This document shows, piece by piece, positions 12,852-25,944 of a DNA stretch of 64,000 nt. The DNA lies in the NCBI GenBank assembly GCA_951406725.2, contig OX597822.1:94116001-94180000 (forward strand), in the 5' to 3' direction. How positions within the stretch are numbered: the first letter of the stretch is position 1; every line of letters begins with the position of its first letter. Made by a program: the position numbers and the translations under genes. The notes under the pieces are model-generated. The model saw only the letters and a list, made by a program, of their open reading frames with translations. It ran no database searches and had not been told where the DNA came from. The stretch comes from Octopus vulgaris. Lineage: Eukaryota.

Positions 12852-13676
12852 GAAAAGTGTAAAATATATATATATATGTCTGTGTGCGTGTGTATGTATG
12901 AATATGTATGTGTGTGTGTTTGCTTGCACTTTGTTTTGACATTGTGTTATTTGTTTCCAATCTTCCATGAAAACATGTCAGGTTACAAGGTAACATTACC
13001 TTGTTTGGTGACAGAAATTTGCATCCAGTCATTGAAAGACTGCCTCAATGATCTCCATGTGACTCATGTAAGCATGAAAAAGTGGACATCAAAGAAATGA
13101 TGATGGTGATGATGATGATGACAATGGTGATTACATTATAATTAACTTTATCTCTGACCATTATATCTTATTCTTGGATGTACATGTATGAAAACATTGA
13201 TAATAAGTTGAAGTCATTGTATCTATTTCATCATCATTATCACCATCATCGTCGTCGTCTTCATCATTATCATCATTTGATGTCCTTTTTCCATGCTGGC
13301 ATTGATCGAATGGTTTCACAGGATCTTGTGAGCTGCAGAGTTTCAGTGTCAAATTTGACATTGTTTCTACAGCTGGATGCTTTCTAATGCCATTTTCTAT
13401 TACCAAATTAAGGGTAATAATATTCTAATTCACTGAGCTCTTTGAGATATTGATACATGATGAAGCTCAGAATCTATAAGAAGGTTATGATATTTCATGT
13501 TTTAAATTTGTTCTGTTAATTCTTATTTGACCCTGTTTTTCATCTCTCTCTAGTGTTAGTTTATGTACAAAGAATATATTGAAATCATTACTGTTGACCC
13601 TGTCCATTCCCTCTAGTATTAGCTACAAAACTTGGTGTAACCTGCTTCAAATAAATTCACTTATTTCTAATTTTAG

Positions 13677-15053
13677 TTGTTGATGATGAGAGCCAGAAAG
13701 ATAACGTGGAAAAGTCAAAAGTAGCTGTTAAAGATGTGGAATACCAGAAATCTTCAGATCAAGCAGAAAGAACACTGGAAGATGAAAACCTAAAACGCCA
13801 AGATCTCAGCAAAGACATCAATGTCAGAGAAAATCAGCTTCTTGAAGTGTTACTTGACACTACGGAAGAATTATCTATCAGTCAAAATGGATCACTTGCC
13901 AGTAAAGTAGCATTACCTGGCAGTAGAGAAATATTACAAACCAGTGAGGATAAATCACAAACCAGCAGAGAAGAAAATGCTGAAGAAGCATTTGGTCATG
14001 GAGAAGGATCAGTTACTAGTATAGAAAGAAAAACTGGGCATACAGAAGAAATATTTGGTAGCCTGGAAGATTTAAGTGAAAGGAGGGAAGAAGTATATAG
14101 TAGTAAGGAAGAAGCACTTAGTAGTAGGGAAGAATTATGTGTTGATAAGGAAAGATTACCTAACATTAAGGAAGAATTAAGCAGTGTTAAGGAAAGATTT
14201 CCTTGCAATAAGGAAGACGAATATGGTGATCGGGAACTGTTACTTTGCATTAGAAAAGCATCTCATAGCTGTGATAGTCTTAGAGAAGGTATAAAAAAAG
14301 TACAGAAAGGCAGGGAAGGATCAGATGGCAGTAGAAAAGAAATAGATGTCAATAGAAAAGGATCAGATGTTGGCAGGGAAGGATCAGATGGCAGTAGAAA
14401 AGGATCAGATATCAGTAGAAAGGGATCACATAGGAGTAGAAAAGGATCACATGACAGTAGAAAAGGATCATGTGACAGTAGAAAAGGATCATATGACAGT
14501 AGAAGGGGATCAGATGTTAGTAGAAAGGGATCAGTTAGCAGTAGAAAGGGATCAGTTAGCAGTAGAAAGGAATCAGAGGACAGTAGAATGGGATCAGATG
14601 GCAGTAGAAAAGGATCAGATGACAGTAGAAAGGTATTAGATGACAGAAGAGCACGATATGCCAGTAGAAAAGGAACACATAGAAGTAGAAAAGGGTTACG
14701 TAGAAGTCTGAGAGGAATGGATAGCAGTAGGGAAGGATTGTATGGAAGTAAGGAAAAATTAGGAAGCAGTGAAGTAATATTTAGTAGTAGGGAAGAGCTC
14801 TCCGGCAGTGTAGTAGGATATACTGAAAGTATGAGAGAATTATCTGCTAGTAAGGAATGTTTACATATCTGTACAAATCAAGACTATGATGACAGTAAAG
14901 ATTATTGCAGTGGATGTTTAACTGACGAACTTGCTGCAAGAACTCCACTTTCTACTGTTTTAAATGATTTAAGTAATAACGAGTCATTTCTTTCTTCTCA
15001 CTTGTCTGATGAAATGCTCTTATTGGAAGAGATTCCATCGATTGAAGACCTGA
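13677..15053 (+). CDS. XRRA1: XRRA1-like large low-complexity exon (E/S/R-rich, SRKGSxx repeats)
   Basis: ttttag acceptor, open frame of ORF 13706-15061, a|gtaagt donor; phase 1-1 fits both neighbours. Confidence 0.7.
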
Positions 15054-15696
15054 GTAAGTAATATTTTGTGTTGATTTTGTTGTTGTTGTTGTTGTTGTTG
15101 TTGTTCAGTAAGTTCCAGTTAGATTTTGCAGTTTCAGTGGTCAGACATGAAAAATAGACAGTCAAGACATATTGGGGCAAGCGAAATCGAAATCGAAATC
15201 GAATTGAACCAGCCAGGATCCCTGGTCTGGTGGTACGTAAAAAGCACTATCCGACTCGTGGCCGATGCCAGCGCCGCCTTGGCTGGCTTCCGTGCCGGTG
15301 GCACGTAAAATACACCAATCCAACCGTGGCCGTTGCCAGCCTCACCTGGCACCTGTGCAGGTGGCACGTAAAAAGCACCCACTACACTCACGGAGTGGTT
15401 GGCGTTAGGAAGGGCATCCAGCTGTAGAAACATTGCCAGATAAGACTGGAGCCTGGTGCAGCCTTCTGGCTTCCCAGATCCCCGGTCGAACCGTCCAACC
15501 CATGCTAGCATGGAGAACGGACGTTAAACGATGATGATGATGATGATGGTTGCATGGTAAGACGCTTGCTTCCCAACCACTTGGTTTTGGGTTCGGTCTC
15601 ACTGTATGATACCTTTGGCAAGTGTCTTCTACTATAGCCTTGCACTGACCAAAGACTTGTGAGTGGATTTGGTAGATAGAAACTGAAAGAAGTTTG

Positions 15697-15740
<44 letters not shown>

Positions 15741-16132
15741 CAAGTAAGAAAATGGAGAGGATAAACAATCAACAAACTTCAGCCAGTAAACATTCAGTTA
15801 TATCTATTTATTAATTGATTACAAACATATGTGTAAGTGATTCATGTAAATGAATGAAATAAGCCAATATATATGTAAACAGAATATATAACCTCAATTA
15901 TAAAATAATAAAAAATATTTATATATATATATGTATATATATATAAAAAATTATAAGTATAAATTATTAATTAAAAACTTTTTTTTTTTATTTTTAACTT
16001 TAAATTTAAATAATTTAAATTTTGAATTTTATATTTTATATATTTTGTATATTATATTAATTAATTTTTTAGTTTATGTTTTTCACTGTTTGATTTGCCT
16101 AATAGTGGATTTATCTCTAATTTAATATATAT

Positions 16133-16792
16133 ATATGATGTGCCATACTAATACACACACCAACTAATACATACTAATACGTACTAATACATACTAGTAC
16201 ATACTAATACATACACCAACCCTATACATACACACGTCCAGACCCCGCATACGCACTTATACTCTCTCATACACACACACACACACTTATACATACCAAT
16301 ACGTACTAATACATACTAATACATACTAATACATACACCAACCCCATACATACGCATGTCCAGACCAATCCTACGCACTAATACTCTCTCATACACACAC
16401 ACACACACACACACACCCTTATACATACTAATACATACACCAACCCTATACATACACACATCCAGACCCCTCCTACGCACTATTAGCTGGTCCCTCAACC
16501 CTTTTATCAACCCTATTATCTCCCCTTATTTCGCTCTCGCGTCTCATGTTTGATCTTTGACCTCTGGCCGAAATCAGATCGCCATGTTGATTCGTTAGCT
16601 ACTGCACGCATTTTTTTTTCTCTCCTTCTTTCTGTGTTTTTCTCTCTCTGTGTATCTTTCTGTTGAAGAGCGTAGGCTCGAAACGTTAAAGACTTGTTTT
16701 ATTTATATTTCCTGAGCGCCATACTAATACAATTGTTCGTTTGTTTTCCACCTGCCTTCGTCTTTTGTTTATTTTCATAAAGCTTCCCGTTA
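16133..16792 (+). repeat. 5' pseudo-LTR of PLE
   Basis: near-identical to 20620-21273. Confidence 0.92.
16655..16692 (+). ncRNA. minimal variant hammerhead ribozyme in pLTR
   Basis: tcttt ctgttgaa gagc-gtag-gctc GAA ACGT t aaaga; stems I and II pair, stem III is palindromic, core deviates from CUGANGA. Confidence 0.6.
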
Positions 16793-17565
16793 TATATTAT
16801 GCGCTCACGTGGTCTCACTTTCATCCTATATTCTACCAATACCACTATCAACACTTACCTCTACCTTGGATTTTCTTTACCTCTTGGATACTTACCATTG
16901 GCTGCACCTCTCTTTCGCGGTTCAAAGTGACTTTGCATTGATGTGAAATCCTTAAAAAATATACCACGACGTCTACACATTTCTCACCTTGAACTTTCAA
17001 CCTTGAACTTGTTCGCATAAACTGTCCCGTTTGTTGTATTTTTATTTTCTCTTATATTACCACTTTTTTTACATTCATTTCATGCTTTCCACATTTTCCT
17101 GAATTTTTGTTCTCCTTTCCGTCTTTCTTCCCTCTCTGGATGTCCATACTCCGTTTCCTCTGCCTGCACCCCCCTTTTTTTGCCTCCCCCTCTCTCTGCT
17201 TCCCTTCTTTCTTTCCCTTTTCCGTTTGCCCCGTCTTTTCTGCCCCTATCGCTTACTTATCTAGTTTTTTCATACGATTATTATTTTTTGTTTTTTTTGA
17301 ACGTTTGTTTTTTCCCCTTTTTTTGCTATCCTTTTTTTCTATTTTTTTCATACGATAATTTTTTTTTTTTTTTTTTTTTTTTGTTTTTCCGAACGTTTTT
17401 TTTCCGCTATCCCATCATGCCAGATCCTAGGTCCTACCTCCTCACCCTCCATCACCGTTTGAAGGATCATCTCCGTTCGCTTCCTGTATATTGCCTTCAG
17501 CCGTCCGTTAATCTCTCTCTACTTCTTTTTAAAAAACCCGCTTCTCTAGCCATGTCTCTTTCCTA

Positions 17566-20320
17566 AGCCGCTGCCTACATCACCGACTCATCCCTAAAGG
17601 TTTCCGCCTCCACTTCCACCCTGCTCTCCACTCGGATTCTTCCATCTTACCCATACTCCGCACCACATCTTATCGCCTTATGTGGGCCACCATTCGCTCC
17701 AATCTCTCCAAACTACATGCCATCAACCGCCTTCTTCCTCCTGCTTTCTCCACCTTCTTCTCCTCTCTGCCGCCTCTCTATGCTCCAAACACGCTACGCT
17801 TCATTATCCATTTGAATCAACTCTTCCATCAATTTCTTTCTGATACCAAACTTCGTAAACTCCAATCACTCTTCCATTCCACCCTACCCGACGCCACTAC
17901 CCCAACTCCTCCACCACCCTTCTCCCCTCCCGATAGGCTCCATCCACCCACACCTAACCCCACTGCCCCTCCCTACAACCCCTTCTCCTCTCCCATTAGG
18001 CTCCATCCACCTACACCTAACCCTACTGCCCCGCCCAACCACCCCCCACACACCTCCCCAATCCCTCCCCCTCAGACCTCCACGAGACCTACCACCCCTC
18101 CTACTTCTATTCCACCCACCCCTTCTCCACTTCCGTCTGTTGTTACCATTCCCCCCGATCTTCCCCTCTCTGCGGCTGAACGCTCCGTCCTTGGTAGGGG
18201 TCTGCGTTTCATCCCCCTCACTCCATCCTGTAAGGAATTCCAGACGCGAGTTGATGTCCACAGCTTTGTGCGCCGTGTCCGGTTGGGTGCGCATTACCAC
18301 GACTTGCCACCCACACCCAACGAAGAGGACTGCTTCACTGGCCTGGGCCGCCGACCATCCCCGTGGACGCCTGCCCCTGGCCAGATCCTTGCAGTGGATC
18401 TTTTCGCGGGCGCTTGTCAGCGTGCATTGGAGCGGTTCAACTTCTCCAGGCGCCAACGCCACCTCAACATCTCCCCGGCTGAGCTCTTGGCTCTTCGTTC
18501 CCTCCAACGGCGCGCTGACATTATCATCAAACCGGCTGACAAGGGTGGAGCTGTAGTGGTGTGGCGCGCGGACCTCTATAGGGCCGAGGCTTTCCGCCAA
18601 CTCAATGACACCTCCTTCTATTCCCCTCTGCCCTCTAACCCCACATGTAGCTACCAACAGACGGTATCCTCTACTGTCCAAGACCTCATCTCGTCCTCCC
18701 GTCTCCCCCGCACCGCATCCAACCTAATTGTGCGAACCCCACGTACCCCCACCATTTACTTCCTCCCCAAAATCCACAAACCCAACAACCCTGGCCGCCC
18801 CATCGTCTCCGCCTGTAACTGCCCCACGGAGCTCATCTCTAAATACCTCGACCGTGTCCTTGCCCCCTAGTGGCATCTCTTCCCTCCCACATCCACGATA
18901 CCAACCATGCTCTCCGGCTTTTCAACTCTTTCTCCTTTCCTCCCGGCTCCTCCAAAATCCTTTTTACTATGGACATCCAAAGCCTCTATACTGTTATCCC
19001 TCACCACGAAGGACTGCAGGCCCTTCGACACTTTCTTGACCTCCGCTCTAACCCTGTACCTGACACCTCCACACTCATTCGTCTGGCCGAACTTGTCCTT
19101 ACTCTGAACTGCTTCTCGTTCGCGGGCGAGTTCTACCATCAGGTCTCGGGAGTGGCCATGGGAACGCGAATGGGCCCCAACTATGCAAACCTGTTCGTTG
19201 GCTATGTTGAGGCCCAAATATTCTCTAATTTCACTGGTCCCACTCCTGAACTATATGTTCGTTACATTGACGACATTATCGGTGCCACCTCACTCTCCCG
19301 CGAACATCTAGATTCCTTCCTCTCTTTCGTCCAATCTTTCCATCCAGCCCTCCACTTCACTTCCACTATCTCCAACACCTCTGTCTCCTTCCTCGACATT
19401 TCGGTTAGCATTCTTCACTCCACTCTTACCACCTCCATTCACTACAAACACACAGACTCACACTCATACCTCAACTTCTCTTCCTCCCATCCAGAACACA
19501 CCAAGCTTTCCATCCCCTATTCCCAATTCCTCCGTCTACGTAGGCTCTGTAGTGACGACCATGACTTTGAGACTCAGTCTCAACGTATGGCTCACCACTT
19601 CACCCTACGTGGATACCCCCTCACCACTATCCACACCGCCCTTGCCAGAGCACAGTCCGTGGACCGTGTATCTGCTCTCTCTCCCCGAACCCGCCCTGTA
19701 GTCTCCCGCCTCCCTTTTCCCCTCACTTACCACCCCACGACCCTACGTCTCCAACGCACCATTCTTTGAGCTTTCCGTCATCTCCAGTCTGACCCGTCCA
19801 CTTCACACCTCTTCCCTAACCGACCCCTCCCCTCTTTCAAATGAGCCCACAACCTTCGAGACCTTTTGGTCCATAGCTCCTTCCCTGACCCTACCTCCCA
19901 ACCAGGCTCGTTCCCCTGCTCCCGCCCACGTTGCCGCACTTGCCCTTACCTCTCCAACACCACCCGCCTCACTAGCACCCACCATCGACCCTATCCCATC
20001 ATCCACTCCTTCACCTGCACCTCCAGCAATATTATCTATTGCATCTCTTGCTCTCTCTGCAATTCCTTGTACATCGGACAAACGGGACGCCGCTTGGCTG
20101 ACCGGTTCGCGGAACACCTTCGTGACATCCACCTTGCGAACGACACACCGACCTCACGCCATTTCCGCTCCACCGGTCACTCCTTGCAACACCTATCTGT
20201 GTTCGGTTTGTCCTTACACAGAGGCCATCCGGATTCCCGTTTGCGCCGTGAACAGGAATTAATCTTCTCTCTTCGCTCTTATACGCCATTTGGTCTCAAC
20301 TCTCCCCCTCCTCATCTAAC
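17566..20320 (+). pseudogene. PLE RT/GIY-YIG polyprotein, disrupted
   Basis: CLHHRLIPKGFRL N-terminal motif; frameshift near 18868; in-frame TGA at 19767 and 19842. Confidence 0.88.
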
Positions 20321-20619
20321 CCCCCTCTCCCCCTCCTCATCTATCCTTTCCCCCGACCCCTACTTCTTCAGTCCTTCATCCTTTCACCCCTACTCCCCTT
20401 CCCTTCTTCCCTCTTTCTCCCTCCCTCTTCCCCTTCCCTCTGCTCCCTCACTCCCTCTCTCCCCCTTCTCTCTCCCCCTCTCCCTCTTTCCTCCTTCATC
20501 CCCCTCCTCCCCCATCCTCTCCTCTTCCCCCCTCTCCTCCCCCTCTTCTTCCCCTCCCCTTCTCTCCCCCCTCCCCCTCTTCTCCTCACTACACCACATG
20601 ACTTTACACATCACATCAC

Positions 20620-21273
20620 ATATGATGTGCCATACTAATACACACACCAACTAATACATACTAATACGTACTAATACATACTAGTACATACTAATACATA
20701 CACCAACCCTATACATACACACGTCCAGACCCCGCATACGCACTTATACTCTCTCATACACACACACACACACTTATACATACCAATACGTACTAATACA
20801 TACTAATACATACTAATACATACACCAACCCCATACATACGCACGTCCAGACCAATCCTACGCACTAATACTCTCTCATACACACACACACACACACCCT
20901 TATACATACTAATACATACACCAACCCTATACATACACACATCCAGACCCCTCCTACGCACTATTAGCTGGTCCCTCAACCCTTTTATCAACCCTATTAT
21001 CTCCCCTTATTTCGCTCTCGCGTCTCATGTTTGATCTTTGACCTCTGGCCGAAATCAGATCGCCATGTTGATTCGTTAGCTACTGCACGCATTTTTTTTT
21101 CTCTCCTTCTTTCTGTGTTTTTCTCTCTCTGTGTATCTTTCTGTTGAAGAGCGTAGGCTCGAAACGTTAAAGACTTGTTTTATTTATATTTCCTGAGCGC
21201 CATACTAATACAATTGTTCGTTTGTTTTCCACCTGCCTTCGTCTTTTGTTTATTTTCATAAAGCTTCCCGTTA
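20620..21273 (+). repeat. 3' pseudo-LTR of PLE
   Basis: direct repeat of 16133-16792, followed by (TA)n. Confidence 0.92.
21136..21173 (+). ncRNA. minimal variant hammerhead ribozyme in 3' pLTR
   Basis: identical to 16655-16692. Confidence 0.6.
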
Positions 21274-21361
21274 CATATATATATATATACATATACATAT
21301 ACATATATATATATACGTATATATATACGTATATATATATATGTATATATGTATATATGTA

Positions 21362-21422
<61 letters not shown>

Positions 21423-21466
21423 GTATATATATACGTATATATATATATACGTATATATATATATAC

Positions 21467-21520
<54 letters not shown>

Positions 21521-21524
<4 letters not shown>

Positions 21525-24370
21525 TCATCATCATCATCGTCCGTTTTCCGCGCTAGCACGGGTTGAACGGTTTGACCGGGGTCTGGGAAGCCAGGGGCTG
21601 CACCAGGCTTCAGTCTGATCTGGCAGAGTTTCTACTGCTGGATGCCCTTCCTAACGCCAACCACTCCACGAGTGTAGTGGGTGCTTTTTACGTGCCACCT
21701 GCACAGGTGCCAGTGGGGTCTGGCATCAGTCACGATCGGTTGGAGCTTTTAACGTGCCACCAGCACAGGTATCACAACTACTATTTCCATTGATATTTAT
21801 TTCGATGTTCATGTTCATGTACTTGACTCAACAGGTCTCCTCAAGCACAGCGGGGCGTTCTGGAATCCAGGGTACTTTGAATGGGCAGGGGCTATGCGGA
21901 ACTGGTGCAGGAAGCAGCCCGGGCCTTTGCAGTCACAGCATATCTCCAGAAATCTCGGTCCTTCGCCATTGCCTCAGTGAGGCCCAACGCTCTGAGGTCA
22001 TGCTTGACTACCTCATCCCATGTCTTCCTGGGTCTACCTCTCCCCCGACACCTTCAACTGTTTGGGAGTGGCACTTCTTCACACATCTCTCCTCATCCAT
22101 CCGCAGTACATGACCATACCATCACAAGCGTCGCTCTTGCTCACCACATCTGATGCTTCTTATGTCCAGCATTTCTCTCAGGGTGGTTACACTCTGTCGT
22201 GCATGCACACTGACATTACACATCCAGCGGATCATGCTAGCTTCATTTCTTTCAAGTCTACGCATGTCCTCTGCAGTCACAGCCCATGTTTCACTACCAT
22301 GAAGCATGGCAGTTCGCACACATGCATCATACAATCTACCTTTCACTCTGAGCGAGAAACCCTTTGTTGCCAGTAGGGGTAGGAGCTTTCTGAACTTTGC
22401 CCAGGCTATTCGTATTCTAGTGGTGATACTCTCTGAGCATCCACCTCCACTACTAACTTGGTCACCCAGGTAGCGGAAACTATCAACTACTTCTAGTTTC
22501 TCCCCCTGGAGTGTGATGGAATCTGTTTTCTGAGTGTCTGTGGTGTCTATTCTCCCTATGCATCTGCCGCACATGAAAGCTATCTTATCAGTTAATTTCC
22601 CTTTGATGTTGCTGCATCTCTTATGCGTCCATAGCTTACATTGGGTGCATCTTATGGAGTTTCTACCTACACCTTTCCTACAGATCGAGCAGGGCCACCT
22701 GCCCAAGGGGGTGTGTGCTGAGTTCGCCTTTCTGCTTACTATAACTTTGGTCTTTGCTACATTTACTCTAAGGCCCTTTGATTCTAACCCTTGCTTCCAC
22801 ACCCGAAATTTCTTTTCTAGTTCCGGTAGTGATTCTGCTATGAGAGCCAGGTCATCAGCATAGAGGAGCTCCCAGGGGCATCCTGTTTTGAATTCCTCTG
22901 TTATTGCCTGGAGGACTATGATGAATAAAAGGAGACTGAGGGCTGAGCCTTGGTGTACACCTACTTCTACCCGGAATTCTTCACTATATTCGTTGCCAAT
23001 CCTAACCTTGCTGACAGCCTCTCTGTATAGAGCCTGTATAGCCATTTGTCAATCTCCAGTTTCCGCATCGACCACCAGATAAGGGATCGGGGAACCCTGT
23101 CAAAGGCTTTCTCCAAGTCCACAAAAGTTATGTAGAGGGGTTTATCTTTAGCTAGGTACTTCTCCTGCAGTTGTCGGACCAGGAATATAGCATCAGTGGT
23201 GCTTCTACCCGGCACAAAACCGAACTGCATCTCATCTAAGCAAATTCTCTCCCTAATGAGATGGGTTATGACCCTCTCTGTGACCTTCATTACCTGATCC
23301 AACAGTTTAATACCCCTGTAGTTATTTCTATCTAGAGCATCACCCTTACCCTTGTACCAGCTGACTATGGTGCTGCTACGCTAGTCATTGGGTATGACTT
23401 CATTATGAACTACCTAGTTTACAATGCGGGTGACTAGGTCATAGCCCACATAGCCAGCTGTTTTAAGCATCTCAGCAGTGATTCCTGATGGGCCGGGGGC
23501 TTTACCTGGTTTCATATCCTTAATTGCCTTAACTACAAGGGAGCTGTCTATTTGGATAGCTGGTCTCTCTACTGGGTCAACATTTGGCAGGCTCTCCTCT
23601 TCCCATTCATTCTCCTCATTCAGCAGTCTTTCATAATGGCTTCTCCAAGTCTCTTTCTTTTCACCAACATTAAAAGCAAGTGCCCCATCATCCATGCGGA
23701 CACATTTCTCTCCTGTAACATCACTATTTTCTCTCACACACTGTCTGGCAATCCGAAATACCTCAGCTCTTTGGACATTGGCAAACTTCTTCTTTTCTGC
23801 TACATCTTTGGCTATGTATACCTGCCGCCCAGCCTCCCTTTTGGCTACCTGGTACAGTTCCCAGCTACCTTCTATGTCCGACATCTGAAGCTCCTCCTCC
23901 CTCTCATCAAATTTCTTGATGAGGATGTCCCTAAATCTCTGGCCATGTGAAGGGTTCTTTAACTTCCAAATCCTTCTTTTCTGGATTGGTTTGTTTCTTG
24001 GAGTCCTTCTAGCCTCAAGCTTAAAGTCACTGATGATTAGCCTATGCTGAGGGATACATTCTTCACCTGGGAGGGTCTTTGTATTTAAGAGCGACCCTGC
24101 ATCCCGCTGTCTGGTAAGGATGAAGTCTATTTGGCTAGCGAAGTCTCCTGACTGATAGGTTATAAGGTGGCAGTCGGGCTTCCTGAAGTTAGTGTTGCAG
24201 ATTAAAAGGTTACATGCATCACAGAATTCCAGTAATCTAGTTCCCTCATCATTTCTGGTGCCAATACCATGGCCACCGTGTACCCCAGTGAAGATACCCG
24301 ATTCCCGCCCAACATGCCCATTAAAGTCTCCACCCACAAAGATGAGGTCCTTGCCACTAGTCTTTGAGGT
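21521..24370 (-). mobile_element. RTE-clade LINE, 5'-truncated and disrupted
   Basis: APE GGDFNGHVG, IDFIL; RT QFGFVPGRSTTDAIF, FVDLEKAFDRVP, LYADDL, FRYLG; (gat)n tail. Confidence 0.92.
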
Positions 24371-24439
24371 ATATGAGGTATATATAGCGACGAGAGGCTG
24401 CTAAGAATCACAGGTTCCCGAAAGCCATCATGGAACAGG

Positions 24440-25290
24440 ACTAAACTTGCCATATGCACCTACAACTGCAGGTCTATGGCAGGATGGCAAGAACTGAACC
24501 ACCTAATGGAGGAGAGGAAGAAGATCAGGTGTGACGTGTTAGGGCTGTGCGAGACACGCTGGAAGAAGGAAGCAAGTGAACGATGGCAAGATGGATGCAT
24601 TGTGAGATTAGGAAGAGCAGAAGGTGCTAGATCAGTCGGAGGTATTGGATTCATCGTAAGTAAGGAATGGGCTTCGAGGGTCGCTTCTTGCCAGTTCATA
24701 TCATCACAGATTGGTGTATTGAATGTGAACCTCTCAGGGAAGGCCACCCTCAAGATTGTCCAGACCTATGCTCCCACAAGTGCCAGCGACGACGATGAGG
24801 TGGAAGAATTCTATCAACAACTAGACAAAGGGTTGGCTATGAAGTTCACTTACACTGTCGGGATGGGAGACTTCAACGCAAGGGTGGACATGGACGACAA
24901 GGAGAGGAGTACGTCAGGAGATTTGGCATGGGAGAGAGAAACGAGAGAGGAGAACGTTTGGCTACCATGGCAGAGGCGAGGCAGCTCTACATGGGAAACA
25001 GCCTATTCAGGAAGAGGGAGAGGAAGAGATGGACTTGGATATCGCCGAACTCTAAGCACCGAAGCGAGATCGACTACATCCTGGTTGATAAGCGACGCAT
25101 ATTGCATAACGTCTCCGTCGTGATGCCATTCAACACCGGCAGTGATCATCGTCTGGTAAGGGCGAGGGTCGTCATCGACGAGAAGAGGGAGAAGATGGTG
25201 TTATATTTGGCGTCGAAGGGAAAACGTGTCCGAGTCTACAATGAGGCAAAGCTGCAGGAAGCCATCATGCAGGAAGACTGGTGCCAAATT
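24440..25290 (+). mobile_element. RTE-like LINE endonuclease fragment
   Basis: CTYNCRS, VLGLCETRW, YAPTS, GDFNARV, EIDYIL, GSDHRLVRA with one frameshift. Confidence 0.88.
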
Positions 25291-25309
25291 CAATTATTAA
25301 AGCAAATAA

Positions 25310-25943
25310 TATTACAAGAAGTCCCAGTATCACAAGAAATCCCAGTATCACAAGAAATCCCAGTATCACCAGAAATCCCAGTATCACTAGAAATCCCAGT
25401 ATCACCAGAAATCCCAGTATCACTAGAAATCCCAGTATCACAAGAAATCCCAGTATCACAAGAAATCCCAGTATCACCAGAAATCCCAGTATCACTAGAA
25501 ATCCCAGTATCACCAGAAATCCCAGTATCACTAGAAATCCCAGTATCACAAGAAATCCCAGTATCACCAGAAATCCCAGTATCACTAGAAATCCCAGTAT
25601 CACCAGAAATCCCAGTATCACTAGAAATCCCAGTATCACCAGAAATCCCAGTATCACAAGAAATCCCAGTATCACAAGAAATCCCAGTATCACTAGAAAT
25701 CCCAGTATCACCAGAAATCCCAGTATCACAAGAAATCCCAGTATCACAAGAAATCCCAGTATCACCAAGAAATCCCAGTATCACTAGAAATCCCAGTATC
25801 ACCAGAAATCCCAGTATCACAAGAAATCCCAGTATCACAAGAAATCCCAGTATCACCAGAAATCCCAGTATCATCAGAAATCCCAGTATTACAAGAAATC
25901 CCAGTATCACAAGAAATCCCAGTATCACAAGAAATCCCAGTAT
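25310..25943. repeat. 18-bp minisatellite agaaatcccagtatcac(a/c/t), ~35 units
   Basis: read directly from the sequence. Confidence 0.97.
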
Positions 25944-25944
25944 T

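Larger units (their letters stand above)
16133..21273 (+). mobile_element. Penelope-like retroelement (Neptune-type) with direct pseudo-LTRs
   Basis: RT motifs TMDIQSLYTVIP, GVAMGTRMGPNYANLF, RYIDD; CSRPRCRTC linker; GIY-YIG IIYCISC...LYIGQTGR; ~655-bp direct repeats; flanked by (TA)n. Confidence 0.92.

Noticed and set aside
19767-19844. Two in-frame TGA codons in the PLE ORF as possible selenocysteine recoding
   Set aside because: Both fall where Arg fits (ILRAFRH, FKRAHNL), consistent with CGA-to-TGA decay; no SECIS recognised and the ORF also has a frameshift
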